Virus record (IMG/VR): IMGVR_UViG_3300048995_000011
Location: 1 to 64,000 of that record
Strand: one strand, 5' to 3'
DNA: 64,000 bases
From: a virus
Lineage: Duplodnaviria; Caudoviricetes
Below the pieces are notes generated by a model that saw only the letters and a program-made list of their open reading frames with translations, did not search any database and was not told the DNA's origin. A program made the translations under genes and the position numbers. Shown here in pieces: positions 26,682-35,831 of the stretch; the stretch's first letter is position 1, and every line of letters begins with the position of its first letter.

Positions 26682-26935
26682 GCGACGAACGAGCAGTCAT
26701 CCTGCGCACCGTCGACAACGAACACTTCGCCGCGATCGAGGGTGTCGGGGAGCACCAGCCAACGTGGGCCGCGGCGTCGCTGGTTTGCCAGTGGTGCGAG
26801 GAAGCGTGGCCGTGCTCCACCCTCGAAGCAGTCATCGAGGAACTGGAGGCGCAGGCGGACGGGCTGTGCTGCAGTGGCATCCTCCGCGACCGGGTCGCTC
26901 AGCTTCGCGGCGAGGTGTCCCACGATGGCGAGTGA
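26678..26935 (+). CDS. hypothetical protein with a CxxC...WPC motif
   Basis: H..CQWCEEAWPCST. Confidence 0.6.
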   Translation: MSDERAVILRTVDNEHFAAIEGVGEHQPTWAAASLVCQWCEEAWPCSTLEAVIEELEAQADGLCCSGILRDRVAQLRGEVSHDGE

Positions 26936-27398
26936 CGAGCTGGCCGTGGCTGAGCCGACCACCCGACATGGACGTCCGGACTGCAAGGTCGAGGGCTGCT
27001 CGAACATGCGGGAGATCCGCGGTCCGATCTGTTCGAAGCACCGTCTCCGAAAGGCGGAGAACGGGCAGTTCGACCGGCCATGGGACACCGAGGTTGGACG
27101 CTTCTGGTCGAAGGTCGACAAGTCGGGCGAGTGCTGGGTTTGGACCGCGAAGGCGCTGTGCGAGAACGGGTACGGCAGGTTCTACGTGGGCAAGAAGCCG
27201 CTTCGCGCCCACCGGTACTCGTGGGAGCTGGCCAACGGGCCGATCGCTGACGGCCTGTTCGTCTGTCACCGCTGCGACAACCCGCCGTGCGTGAACCCTG
27301 CGCACCTGTTCCTCGGGACCCACCAGGAAAACATGCAGGACATGGTCACGAAGGGCCGCTCCAGGGATCGCAGGAAGGCATACCGCGATGCAGCGTGA
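26925..27398 (+). CDS. HNH homing-type endonuclease (HNH_3-like)
   Basis: RFWSKV....CW.W....GYGRF....AHR..W....G......VCHRCDNPPCVNPAHL.LGT..EN..D. Confidence 0.9.
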   Translation: MASDELAVAEPTTRHGRPDCKVEGCSNMREIRGPICSKHRLRKAENGQFDRPWDTEVGRFWSKVDKSGECWVWTAKALCENGYGRFYVGKKPLRAHRYSWELANGPIADGLFVCHRCDNPPCVNPAHLFLGTHQENMQDMVTKGRSRDRRKAYRDAA

Positions 27399-28449
27399 AG
27401 AAGATGAGGCCAGCAGGTTGCTCGCCGGCCCCGCGCAGACCACCGAACTGGAGGAACTGCTCGGCATCGGAGGCGGCGACAACATCATCCCCGCGGTGCG
27501 AGATGCGCTTCAGCGGTGGTACCGGATCGAAGCGCAGCGGGACGCAGCCGAGAGCAGCGCCGAGGAGGCATGCGGCGAGCTTGCCGACCGACAGCAGTTC
27601 CTCACCGACGTTGTGGCCGAGCGGGATGCCCTGTCGTTGCTGTTGCGGGGGATGGCCCGGAAGCTGGTCGCCGCGCGACGACACGGCGCCACGCTCTACC
27701 GCGAGATTCAGGACGGCAAGAGCGTCATCGACCGCCTGATTGCCGAGCGGGACGAGGCGCAGCAGTCCGCGAAGTTCTGGCAGGGCCAGGCGGAGTACTG
27801 GGAGCGAGAGCACCAGGAGACCGTGCTGCCCTACACCACGAAGCTGGAATCCGAGCTGTATCTCGCGCTGTGGCTGTACGCCGAGGCGAAGTGGTGGGCC
27901 GACCAGTACAAGCACGACGTTGTCTTGTGGAAACGGCAGGTCGACGACCTCACCGCCGAGCGGGATGAGCGGCAGGCCCGCCTCGACGAGATCGCCGATG
28001 TCCTCGGACGTGCCCCTGGCGACGCCACGTCTGCCGAGATCGTCGAGATCGTACGCACTGCTGTCGCGGTCAAGGGACGCCGTAGGGACGAGGCAATGGA
28101 GCTACGGGCCCGCATCGACGCGGTCCTCGCGCACCTCGAAACCCGCACGCGCGCGCTGGCCTCGGACCTGGTGTACGCGAACGAACGCGACACCATCCGG
28201 TTCGTCCGTGCTGCCCTGGAGGAGCCGAAGGCGGAGGACTCGAAGCCGAAGCACAAGACCGAGGGCGGCATGTGCTGCAACGGCAAGCGGGGCTGCGGCG
28301 GACCGGGCTCGTACTGCTGCTCCCAGACCGTCTACCTCCACCGGCACGCCGACGGATCACGAGGCCCGTGCGGTGTCCTCGGCGCCCTGTCCGGTGCTGC
28401 CCTGGTGGGTGGCCAGCCGAATGCGACTTCGGAGGTGTCTGGTGACTGA
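27388..28449 (+). CDS. long coiled-coil protein
   Basis: 353 aa; repeated AERD(E/A) heptads. Confidence 0.7.
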   Translation: MQREEDEASRLLAGPAQTTELEELLGIGGGDNIIPAVRDALQRWYRIEAQRDAAESSAEEACGELADRQQFLTDVVAERDALSLLLRGMARKLVAARRHGATLYREIQDGKSVIDRLIAERDEAQQSAKFWQGQAEYWEREHQETVLPYTTKLESELYLALWLYAEAKWWADQYKHDVVLWKRQVDDLTAERDERQARLDEIADVLGRAPGDATSAEIVEIVRTAVAVKGRRRDEAMELRARIDAVLAHLETRTRALASDLVYANERDTIRFVRAALEEPKAEDSKPKHKTEGGMCCNGKRGCGGPGSYCCSQTVYLHRHADGSRGPCGVLGALSGAALVGGQPNATSEVSGD

Positions 28450-28678
28450 CCCGCGGTGGAAAGTGATCTTCGAAGTTGGCGCACTGCTCGGGAACACCGA
28501 CCCGGCGAAGTTCGCGGATGCCCTGCTTGCCCCGCCGTGCCAGCACTACGGCGACTGGGACCACGACGACGAGGCCTGCCCCGCCCCGTGCGGCCTGACC
28601 CACGAGTGGTGCCGTGCATGCGGGCGCCCAATGAAGCCGCCCTGCCCGATCCTGGAGGAACTGGAGGCCACCCCATGA
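28442..28678 (+). CDS. small Cys-rich protein
   Basis: CQH..CPAPC..WCRACG..PC. Confidence 0.55.
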   Translation: MTDPRWKVIFEVGALLGNTDPAKFADALLAPPCQHYGDWDHDDEACPAPCGLTHEWCRACGRPMKPPCPILEELEATP

Positions 28679-28929
28679 GCAACGCGGCCAGACATCGACC
28701 GGTGGCCGCGATCGGCCACTACCGCCTCGACCTCCAGCGCTACCGAGCCGCTCGGTTCAGTTACTGGAGCGGTGGGCACGAGACTCCGTGGCCGTGGTGG
28801 GAGGTCACCGTTCCTCGTCTCGGGTCTCTGATCCTGGGGCGTCGCAAAGCTCGTCCAGCTCTGTCTGGTCTCGCTCTTCGTGATGTCGAGGAAGCCGACG
28901 AACCAGAGTCAAACGAGGAGACCCGGTGA
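28675..28929 (+). CDS. hypothetical protein
   Basis: ATGA overlap. Confidence 0.5.
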   Translation: MSNAARHRPVAAIGHYRLDLQRYRAARFSYWSGGHETPWPWWEVTVPRLGSLILGRRKARPALSGLALRDVEEADEPESNEETR

Positions 28930-29135
28930 GGGCGGGCGAGGACTTCTCCGACACCCGCGTCCACCAGCGTGTGATTGCGACGGTGGGTTTCGGTAACGAA
29001 CCGGACGCCGACACGGCTACGGCAGCCGCCCGGTACGTGACCCGGCACGCGAAGGACACCGCCGACCGGTTGCTGCTGTTGGAGGCGCTGGGGATCAGCG
29101 AGTGGGCAGACACAGAGAAGGGGCAAGCGGCATGA
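28926..29135 (+). CDS. hypothetical protein
   Basis: GTGA overlap; ARDLLEALG-like motif. Confidence 0.55.
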   Translation: MRAGEDFSDTRVHQRVIATVGFGNEPDADTATAAARYVTRHAKDTADRLLLLEALGISEWADTEKGQAA

Positions 29136-29734
29136 GGTACTTCTACGACACAGAGTTCATCGAGGACGGATCGACGATCGAGCTGATCTCTATCGGGATC
29201 GTGGCGGAGGACGGGCGCGAGTACTACGCCGTGAACCGGGATGCACCGTGGAAGCGGATCAAGCGGCACGACTGGCTCGTCAACAACGTCGTCCCCACCC
29301 TGCCGACCCTGCACGGGGACGCCCGCAACCACGCCGGACGCGGGCCGTTGGGGCTGCTGGACTGGCAGCACCCGGCGTTCAAGCGGCTGAGGGCGATCGT
29401 GGACCAGGTGCGGGGCTTCCTCCTGGCCGACGACGAGTCCAACCACGACCGCGAGTTGTGGGCCTACTACGGCGCCTACGATCACGTCGCCCTGTGCCAG
29501 TTGTGGGGCACCATGATGGACCTGCCTGACGGGGTTCCGATGTTCACGCACGAGTTGATGCAGGCGTGGGAGAACGCCGGCCGGCCGGAGCAGCCTGCGC
29601 AGCGCGACGAGCACAACGCACTCGGTGACGCCCGGTGGAACAAGGAACTGTTCGACTCGCTCCATAAATTGCGCATCAAAAAGCCGAGCCCGAGCCATGG
29701 GCGCATGTCCCGACCCGACGGACACAACAAATGA
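29132..29734 (+). CDS. 3'-5' exoribonuclease, Rv2179c/DEDDh-like
   Basis: FYDTEFIED, LISIGIVAEDGREYYA, WAYYGAYDHV, HNALGDARWN. Confidence 0.9.
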   Translation: MRYFYDTEFIEDGSTIELISIGIVAEDGREYYAVNRDAPWKRIKRHDWLVNNVVPTLPTLHGDARNHAGRGPLGLLDWQHPAFKRLRAIVDQVRGFLLADDESNHDRELWAYYGAYDHVALCQLWGTMMDLPDGVPMFTHELMQAWENAGRPEQPAQRDEHNALGDARWNKELFDSLHKLRIKKPSPSHGRMSRPDGHNK

Positions 29735-30084
29735 GCGACTGGCGTGAAGCGATCGACAACTACGACCCGCTGAACGAACCGAACAGGAGAGCCGAGATGA
29801 CCGCACGCGAGTGGGACGAAGGCGACCCCGAACCGAAGGGCCACCCGTCGATCGTGGACAGCCCCCGCAGCGCATCCATGCTGATGTCCGGCGCCCTGGC
29901 CCACCTCGACGTGATCCAGCCCCTGGACCTCCGCGGCCCGGTGCGGGACATCCTGCGCGCCGGCATCGAGCTTTGCGTGGGGTCGCGGTCGCTGCTCGGG
30001 AAGCCGATCCAGTACACGCTGGACCTGGCCCAAGCGGTCATGAACGCGGCCGCGTTCCAGGACGACGACGAGGTGCATCCCTGA
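29731..30084 (+). CDS. hypothetical protein
   Basis: coupled stop/start. Confidence 0.55.
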   Translation: MSDWREAIDNYDPLNEPNRRAEMTAREWDEGDPEPKGHPSIVDSPRSASMLMSGALAHLDVIQPLDLRGPVRDILRAGIELCVGSRSLLGKPIQYTLDLAQAVMNAAAFQDDDEVHP

Positions 30085-30359
30085 TGCGCCCGGCCCCGAT
30101 CCCCGACGACGCGATCTGGCCGGGCGCCAAGCGCATCGTGCTGTCCGCCCCGAACGGTGACCTGACCGACCCGGACATCGCGCCGGTCGAACTGCTCGCT
30201 GACGTCCCGCCGTCGATCGGCGGAGTCCGGTACTCCGCCCGCTGCATGCTCGAGCCGGGGGACCTGGAGAAGCTCGCCGACGGCGGCCACGTCTGGGTGT
30301 CGTTCTACGGCGGCGTCCCGCCGTTCTGCGTGGACGTGACCGACAAGGGCGGCCGCTGA
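30084..30359 (+). CDS. hypothetical protein
   Basis: TGATG overlap. Confidence 0.6.
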   Translation: MRPAPIPDDAIWPGAKRIVLSAPNGDLTDPDIAPVELLADVPPSIGGVRYSARCMLEPGDLEKLADGGHVWVSFYGGVPPFCVDVTDKGGR

Positions 30360-30487
30360 TGGGGAAGCGCGGTCCGGCGAAGACGCCGACGAACATCGCG
30401 GTCCTCCACGGCGAGCGCAAAGACCGAATCAACCAGGCGGAGCCGAAGCCGGGCACCCTGAGCGTCGACCCTCCCCGCGGACAGTAA
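30359..30487 (+). pseudogene. 5' remnant of a P27-family terminase small subunit
   Basis: MGKRGPAKTPTNIAVLHGERKDRINQAEPKP..DPP, then a stop at codon 43. Confidence 0.65.
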
Positions 30488-30625
30488 GTCCCTCGACTTC
30501 TGCACCCGGGAACACCAAGAGGCGTGGCACGCCGCCCGCTCCACCCCCATCCCCACTGTCCACACCACTCCCGCTGGGGACAGCGTGCCCCCGCCGGGGG
30601 TGTGGGCCGGCACCAGGAGGGCAGC

Positions 30626-30880
30626 ATGACGACCGACAACCACGAGTTGCCGTACCAGCCGTACAGCGGCCACAGCCACTGCCCCAAGTGCGCAGGCGAG
30701 CTGGACAGCAGATACATGGAGGCAGGCACCACGCACCTATCGGGGACCACGGTCATGTTCGCCCCGGGCCATCCGGAGTGGATGCTGCGCGAGTGCTTCG
30801 ACTGCGGATTCACCCGCCCTGAGATGTGCATGGACGCCTACCCGGAAACGGCTCTGATGGAAGGCAGGGAGGGCGCGTGA
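30626..30880 (+). CDS. zinc-ribbon protein
   Basis: CPKC...CFDCG; AGGAGG RBS. Confidence 0.65.
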   Translation: MTTDNHELPYQPYSGHSHCPKCAGELDSRYMEAGTTHLSGTTVMFAPGHPEWMLRECFDCGFTRPEMCMDAYPETALMEGREGA

Positions 30881-31182
30881 TCGTGAGCGACATCATCGAC
30901 CGGATCGACCAGGCCACCGGGTGCCAGCACTGCGGCGGCCCCCTGGCCGGGAGCGTGTCGGACGATTTTTGCCGGCCCGAATGCCAGAGCGCCTGGCACG
31001 CCACCCACGCCAAGCCCCTGATCGGCTACAGCGAGCCCACCGACCTCCCGATGCACGTCTACAACCAGGTAGAGGACCGCAGCCCCGAGGTGACGCCACC
31101 TTCGTGGTGGTCCGAGGCGATCTACCTACAGGCAACTCGATCGGCTCGCGAACGTGCCGCCGGCTCGAGAAGGGCGGCGTGA
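30877..31182 (+). CDS. hypothetical zinc-binding protein
   Basis: CQHCG...DFCRPECQ.AWH. Confidence 0.6.
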   Translation: MIVSDIIDRIDQATGCQHCGGPLAGSVSDDFCRPECQSAWHATHAKPLIGYSEPTDLPMHVYNQVEDRSPEVTPPSWWSEAIYLQATRSARERAAGSRRAA

Positions 31183-31369
31183 CCAGCCCTGAGCTCGCCT
31201 CCCATCCGACGCAGCGGGCGCCGCGAGTAGACCTCCACTAACACTGAGGTCCACCACCAACCCTGAGTTGCTCCCCGACGGCTACTCAAGCCGGCCGGAG
31301 CTTCAGGCGTGGCGCAGGTTGATGTTTCAACAAACCATCGGCCTTATCGGTTACGCTCCGTTGAGATCA

Positions 31370-31413
31370 CCTGAAAAGAAGAAAGCCCTCGGGCCGCGAC
31401 ACCCAAGGGCTTT
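31370..31413 (-). terminator. probable intrinsic terminator (reverse or bidirectional)
   Basis: AAAGCCCT...AGGGCTTT stem with an A-tract on the + strand 5' side. Confidence 0.45.
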
Positions 31414-31475
31414 CCGAGTCCCCGCACTCCACCACTCCTCGTCTCACATCGTACCTGACGTGGCGGAGGAAGATC

Positions 31476-32345
31476 GTGATTCACACCTGCACCGTTGCCT
31501 CTTGTGGCCGACCTACCCAGGACATGCTGTGCGCGAAGTGCACGCACGACCTCACTACGACACTCCACAAATTCATTCACGGACCGGACCGTGTTCGCAC
31601 ATGGACCGACGGGGCCGGCGCCGAACACACCGTCACGGAACGCACCCCCGGATTGGTGGAGGAACTGCAGATCACGCTCACCCGCCAGCATGTGCTGTCG
31701 CGGGGTTCGGAGATCCGCCAGAAGGCCCCAGAAACGGCCCTCATGTTCCACCAGGCAGCCTCGGACGCGGCGTGGGAGGTGGACAACACCATCGCCACGT
31801 GGGCGCGGGACCTGGCCACACTCAATCCGCACCTCACTTTGACTGCCACAACCACGGTTGGTGCAGCTCAGTGGATGTCCGGGTTCCCCAACCTGCTGGC
31901 CGCCCACCCGGCGGCGGGGGAGATGCTGGACGAACTGACGAGTATCGCGGTCAAGGCGGAACAAGTCATCGACACTGGACCGGACCGGGTGTTCCTCGGC
32001 AAGTGCGGGAACATCATTGAAGGCAAACGGTGCACGGCTGACCTTCACGGGGTTCAGGACAAGCCCTGGGTGTGCTGCAGGGAATGCGGCACCAGACACG
32101 ATGCGCTCGAGCGCTGGACGGATCTCCAGGCCAAGGTGCGTGACTCACTCGCCACGGCAGCAGAGATTGCGGAAGCGTCAAGACGGTTCTTCGGCCACAT
32201 GGTGAACGTCAAGACTGTGCGCACCTGGGCGAGGCGGGGAGTGATTGACACGTGCGGCCATAACCGCAATGACGAGCCGCTGCACAAGGTGGATGAGGTT
32301 TTGAAGGTCGCCGCCGCGCGTAGCGGTTTGCAAGCGGCCGCATGA
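31476..32345 (+). CDS. zinc-ribbon plus C-terminal HTH protein, probable late-gene regulator
   Basis: several CxxC pairs; C-terminal LATAAEIA..VKTVRTWARRG; last large gene before the late region. Confidence 0.65.
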   Translation: MIHTCTVASCGRPTQDMLCAKCTHDLTTTLHKFIHGPDRVRTWTDGAGAEHTVTERTPGLVEELQITLTRQHVLSRGSEIRQKAPETALMFHQAASDAAWEVDNTIATWARDLATLNPHLTLTATTTVGAAQWMSGFPNLLAAHPAAGEMLDELTSIAVKAEQVIDTGPDRVFLGKCGNIIEGKRCTADLHGVQDKPWVCCRECGTRHDALERWTDLQAKVRDSLATAAEIAEASRRFFGHMVNVKTVRTWARRGVIDTCGHNRNDEPLHKVDEVLKVAAARSGLQAAA

Positions 32346-32535
32346 TCTGGTTGAATCTTGGATTACAGGAGCACAACTGTCTCCTCATTCTTCCCGGTCC
32401 TGGTGTGCACGCCAGCCGGAAGCGACCCGATAGTCCCCTGGGAGCTCGGGCAACGTGATTGCAGGGGTAGGCGCTCTGTTTGGGCCGGGGATCTAAGTCC
32501 GCAACCCGGGTGAGAGGGCGCGACGCGGACAACAG

Positions 32536-32603
32536 ATCAGGGAGCCAAGGCGGCCATCCGACCTCCAAAGTCGGTGAAGAGGGTTCGACTCCTTCCCCTG
32601 GTG
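32536..32603 (+). tRNA. atypical tRNA-Trp (CCA) with a shortened D region
   Basis: acceptor ATCAGGG/CCCTGGT, anticodon arm CCGAC-CTCCAAA-GTCGG, T arm GAGGG-TTCGACT-CCTTC, G discriminator. Confidence 0.6.
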
Positions 32604-32895
32604 CTGCGGACTGATCTGACCGATACGTCAGGGTAGGCCAGCGATTCACGGGGTGTGTTCACTGCGGAATAGTGACGCACCCCCTTCCCATTAGCGGGGT
32701 CGTTCTCCCGGGGCATACGCACCCCCGGTCGAGGTAGCGGCCCTCACCCGATCCCAGCCCGCCTGTCACACGGGCACGGTCGATCGGGACCCCCGGCGGC
32801 TGGCATGGTGCCTGAGGAGATCTCAGGACGGGCGACTCGCAGGAGCCTCATGAAACACCACGCCGGGGCACAAAGCTTCACCATGCTTGAGGTTT

Positions 32896-33096
32896 ATGGG
32901 GGTCACGATGGACGACATGCTGCCGGCGTGGAAAGCGGCCCGCGAGCTGCGCGTGTCTGACCGGATGGTGTGGGACTTCCTCCGCGCCGGGCACCTCAAG
33001 GGCACTGGCGGGATGGTGACCCGCGAGTCAGTGGACGACCTGAAGTGGCACGTCGCCCTCGCAGCGGCGGAGAAGCAGGCCGTGGAGGCGGCGTGA
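32896..33096 (+). CDS. HTH (excisionase/MerR-like) DNA-binding protein
   Basis: AARELRVSDRMVWDFLRAGHL. Confidence 0.65.
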   Translation: MGVTMDDMLPAWKAARELRVSDRMVWDFLRAGHLKGTGGMVTRESVDDLKWHVALAAAEKQAVEAA

Positions 33097-33281
33097 CCCC
33101 CGACGAGATCCTCGCCGCCGCGTGGCGAGTTGGGGACCGGGACGGCATCCGCATCTACGCGATCCACCCCAACGGTGTCGTGGCCGAGGATGTGCGGGTT
33201 GGTACCGCGGTGACCGCCGAGATCGCGGCTCGCATCGTGGAAGACCACAACCAGTCCCGTTTTCGGGCCACGATCTTCTAG
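33093..33281 (+). CDS. hypothetical protein
   Basis: GTGA overlap; AARIVEDHN motif. Confidence 0.55.
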   Translation: MTPDEILAAAWRVGDRDGIRIYAIHPNGVVAEDVRVGTAVTAEIAARIVEDHNQSRFRATIF

Positions 33282-33433
33282 CCCCCAAGCACCTCGTCGT
33301 TGTGGCGAGGCGTTCGGGGTACGGCCAGTCGTCGGGGAGACGCCGGCCGTACCCCGAACACAAACCCCCAGCGAGAAGCTGGGGATGCAGTACCCAGCAG
33401 GCCGCGAAGGCCTATCCGAGAAGGAGAAACAAC

Positions 33434-33760
33434 ATGCCGATCGAGAACGTCTGGCCTGCCAGCGAGCACCGTGATGCCACTACCCGTGTCAGGGTGATCT
33501 GGGACAAGCAGTACGAGGACATACCCGCCACTGTGGCTGTCGCCGCTGGGCACACCGACGAGGTCGACAAGATCACCCAGGTGGAGTTCACCGACGGGAA
33601 GTCGATCGATCACCTGATCAAGGTGCTGAAGCGGGCCCGCAGGCAGGCGTTCCAGCCGCTGTCCGAGCCGCCGTCGGTGCTGGAGTTACAGCTCCGCGTT
33701 GAGGCGCTGGAAAGCGCTGTCCAGCAACTCACAGCCCGGTCCCTGATGCTGCCACGTTGA
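33434..33760 (+). CDS. hypothetical protein
   Basis: AAGGAG RBS; LIKVLKRARRQAF. Confidence 0.6.
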   Translation: MPIENVWPASEHRDATTRVRVIWDKQYEDIPATVAVAAGHTDEVDKITQVEFTDGKSIDHLIKVLKRARRQAFQPLSEPPSVLELQLRVEALESAVQQLTARSLMLPR

Positions 33761-33872
33761 GCCGCTGATCGGCTGGATCCGGGGCAAGCGCGAGTGCTTC
33801 ACCGGACGCCGACACGACACTCGCGGAGCCTGACTATCCTCGGGGGCTTTCACCACCTGGAGGTGGTCGTGA

Positions 33873-34142
33873 ATGCAGACTCCGACAGAGCCGCCCGCAC
33901 CACGCCCGACCACGCGTTGGGCTGCGTGGCTGATCGGCGTCCTCGCCACGTTCTTCGCACTGGAGGCCCCCGCCCTACGGCAACGAGTCGCTGAGAAGCC
34001 CTCAGGGACACTCACCGCCACGATGCGCAGGTGGTTGGGTATCGAACCCGCCGCGCGCCGCAGGACCATCCTGGGCCCCCTGTTCGGCGCGTTCTGCACC
34101 TACCTATTCGGGCATTTCCTCTTCGGATGGTGGAGGTCATGA
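33873..34142 (+). CDS. membrane protein
   Basis: two hydrophobic segments. Confidence 0.55.
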   Translation: MQTPTEPPAPRPTTRWAAWLIGVLATFFALEAPALRQRVAEKPSGTLTATMRRWLGIEPAARRRTILGPLFGAFCTYLFGHFLFGWWRS

Positions 34143-34306
34143 GCGACTACCGCCACACCCAGCTTCGTGTCATCAACACCCGCATAGACCGGGCGCTGGA
34201 CAGCGGGGACCGGCGGTCGTTCTTCTACGCATGCGAACAACGGCAGCGGATCCTGCGTCACCTCCGCCTCAACCCGCCCACGCCGGCACTTGAAGGGACA
34301 CCGTGA
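34139..34306 (+). CDS. hypothetical protein
   Basis: ATGA overlap. Confidence 0.45.
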   Translation: MSDYRHTQLRVINTRIDRALDSGDRRSFFYACEQRQRILRHLRLNPPTPALEGTP

Positions 34307-34458
34307 TGGACATCCTGCTGCTGTTGCTCGTCCTCGGCCTCATCTTCGCCGGCGTGGCCAACCTGGTCCTCGACGCCACGACCCGCCGCGTGTTCGGCGG
34401 CCTGACACTTCTGACCGCCGTGCTCATCCTGGTCGTGCACTTCAGCTCCGTGCACTGA
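34306..34458 (+). CDS. small two-TM protein
   Basis: very hydrophobic 50-aa ORF. Confidence 0.5.
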   Translation: MDILLLLLVLGLIFAGVANLVLDATTRRVFGGLTLLTAVLILVVHFSSVH

Positions 34459-34598
34459 TGCAAACCTGCCCCAACTGCGAGGGCAACAACACCTCGCACA
34501 AGCGGACCATCGACCCGGAGACCGGTAAGGACGCGGGCGGCTACGACCAGTGCAACGACTGCGGGCACATCTTCAACACCAACGTCGACATTCGCTGA
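34458..34598 (+). CDS. small zinc-ribbon protein
   Basis: CPNC...CNDCG. Confidence 0.55.
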   Translation: MQTCPNCEGNNTSHKRTIDPETGKDAGGYDQCNDCGHIFNTNVDIR

Positions 34599-34696
34599 TT
34601 GTCACGCTCCGTGTACCACGGCGGTGACCAGCGAGGCGTGAGGCTCGAAATCCACGGGGCTAAGACCCGTACTCGCCAGTAGGATAGATACAGGGA

Positions 34697-34861
34697 GTGA
34701 CAGTGAAGCTTTCGCAGACGGTCACGACCGTGGCCGAGCTGAAGCGGTTCGTGCAGATGCTCGAAGCCCAGCAGGTCCCCGACACCGCCGAGGTACGCGC
34801 CATGATCCGCATCGGCGGCAAGGTCAAAAGCCTCGAAGTGCGCACCGAAGGGGAGCGGTGA
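34697..34861 (+). CDS. hypothetical protein
   Basis: AGGGAG RBS; 54-aa ORF read by eye. Confidence 0.4.
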   Translation: MTVKLSQTVTTVAELKRFVQMLEAQQVPDTAEVRAMIRIGGKVKSLEVRTEGER

Positions 34862-35003
34862 TGTGGGTGCCCAGCGCCGAGACCGTGTCCGCACTCGACG
34901 GTACGGACCCTGCCGGCACCGAGCCGGCAGCCAGCCGCAACCTACGCGAGGCCCGTGAACAGGCCGCCCGCGAGGTCACCGCCATCCTCGAGGAACTGAA
35001 CAC

Positions 35004-35174
35004 CTAGCCCTGCTGCCTCTTGAGCAGCTTGTTCTGCTCCTTGATCAGCCGGTTCTGCCGCTTCGTCGCCCGCTTGTTCAACCGCGCCGACCGCGCCATC
35101 CGTTCCTTGTCCGACTGGAAATCGATGACACCCATCGACAGGACAGACATGAACTTCCGGGTGATCCCCACAGT
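35004..35174 (-). CDS. small basic protein, lone reverse-strand gene
   Basis: GITRKFMSVLSMGVIDFQSDKER...KEQNKLL; GAGG RBS. Confidence 0.5.
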   Translation of the reverse strand, partial: TVGITRKFMSVLSMGVIDFQSDKERMARSARLNKRATKRQNRLIKEQNKLLKRQQG

Positions 35175-35259
35175 GGCCTCCTCGCACACGGCTGATGTTG
35201 GACACAGTCGCCGCCAGGTTGGCCGGCGTTACAGCACTTCTCGATAGGGGTGGTTCACA

Positions 35260-35505
35260 GTGGCCTCCAAACTCCAGGTTGAACAGCCCCAGCTCTGGAA
35301 CTACTGGGTCCGCGGTGAGGGCTTGGCCCGCTGGGCCAGCCACACCCACCCTTGGACCCAGTTGCATCGCGAGCTGCTGAAGGAAGGCGTACCCCGCCAC
35401 ATGGCAGACGGGCTCGCCACGGAGATCTACATCGCAGCCAAAGGACACGCTCCGAACGAGGGCAAGGGCCGAAACCAGGGCAGCAGCCGCAAGCGATCCA
35501 CCTGA
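35260..35505 (+). CDS. conserved actinophage hypothetical protein
   Basis: YW.RGEGLARW..HPWT.L motif. Confidence 0.65.
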   Translation: MASKLQVEQPQLWNYWVRGEGLARWASHTHPWTQLHRELLKEGVPRHMADGLATEIYIAAKGHAPNEGKGRNQGSSRKRST

Positions 35506-35831
35506 TGACTCCCGGTCACTGGCAGCGCAACACCCCATGGCAACGCCCCAAGAACTGGGAATCCACCAAAGCCGCGGTGCGACGCCGCTCCGGTGGCCAA
35601 TGCGAAGCCACGACCAACGGCCACCGCTGCACCAACCCCGCAGCCCACTGCGACCACATCACCCCCGCCTACCTCGCCGGCCCCGAGACAGACCCAGACG
35701 GTTGCCAAGACCTCTGCCAACCCCACCACGCCGCCAAGTCGTCCCGTGAGGGCCACGACGCAGCCAGGGCCCGCCACGCACGCCGCTACCGCCCAACCAC
35801 CAGACACCCGGGGCTCAGGAGGACACCATGA
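35505..35831 (+). CDS. packaging-associated HNH endonuclease
   Basis: CE...C...A.HCDHI.......CQDLC.PHH..KS; located upstream of terS. Confidence 0.8.
   Translation: MTPGHWQRNTPWQRPKNWESTKAAVRRRSGGQCEATTNGHRCTNPAAHCDHITPAYLAGPETDPDGCQDLCQPHHAAKSSREGHDAARARHARRYRPTTRHPGLRRTP

Noticed and set aside
32470-32520. Possible amber-suppressor tRNA (CTA in GGATCTAAGTCC)
   Set aside because: No 5-bp anticodon stem with a 7-nt loop, and no T arm at the correct distance.
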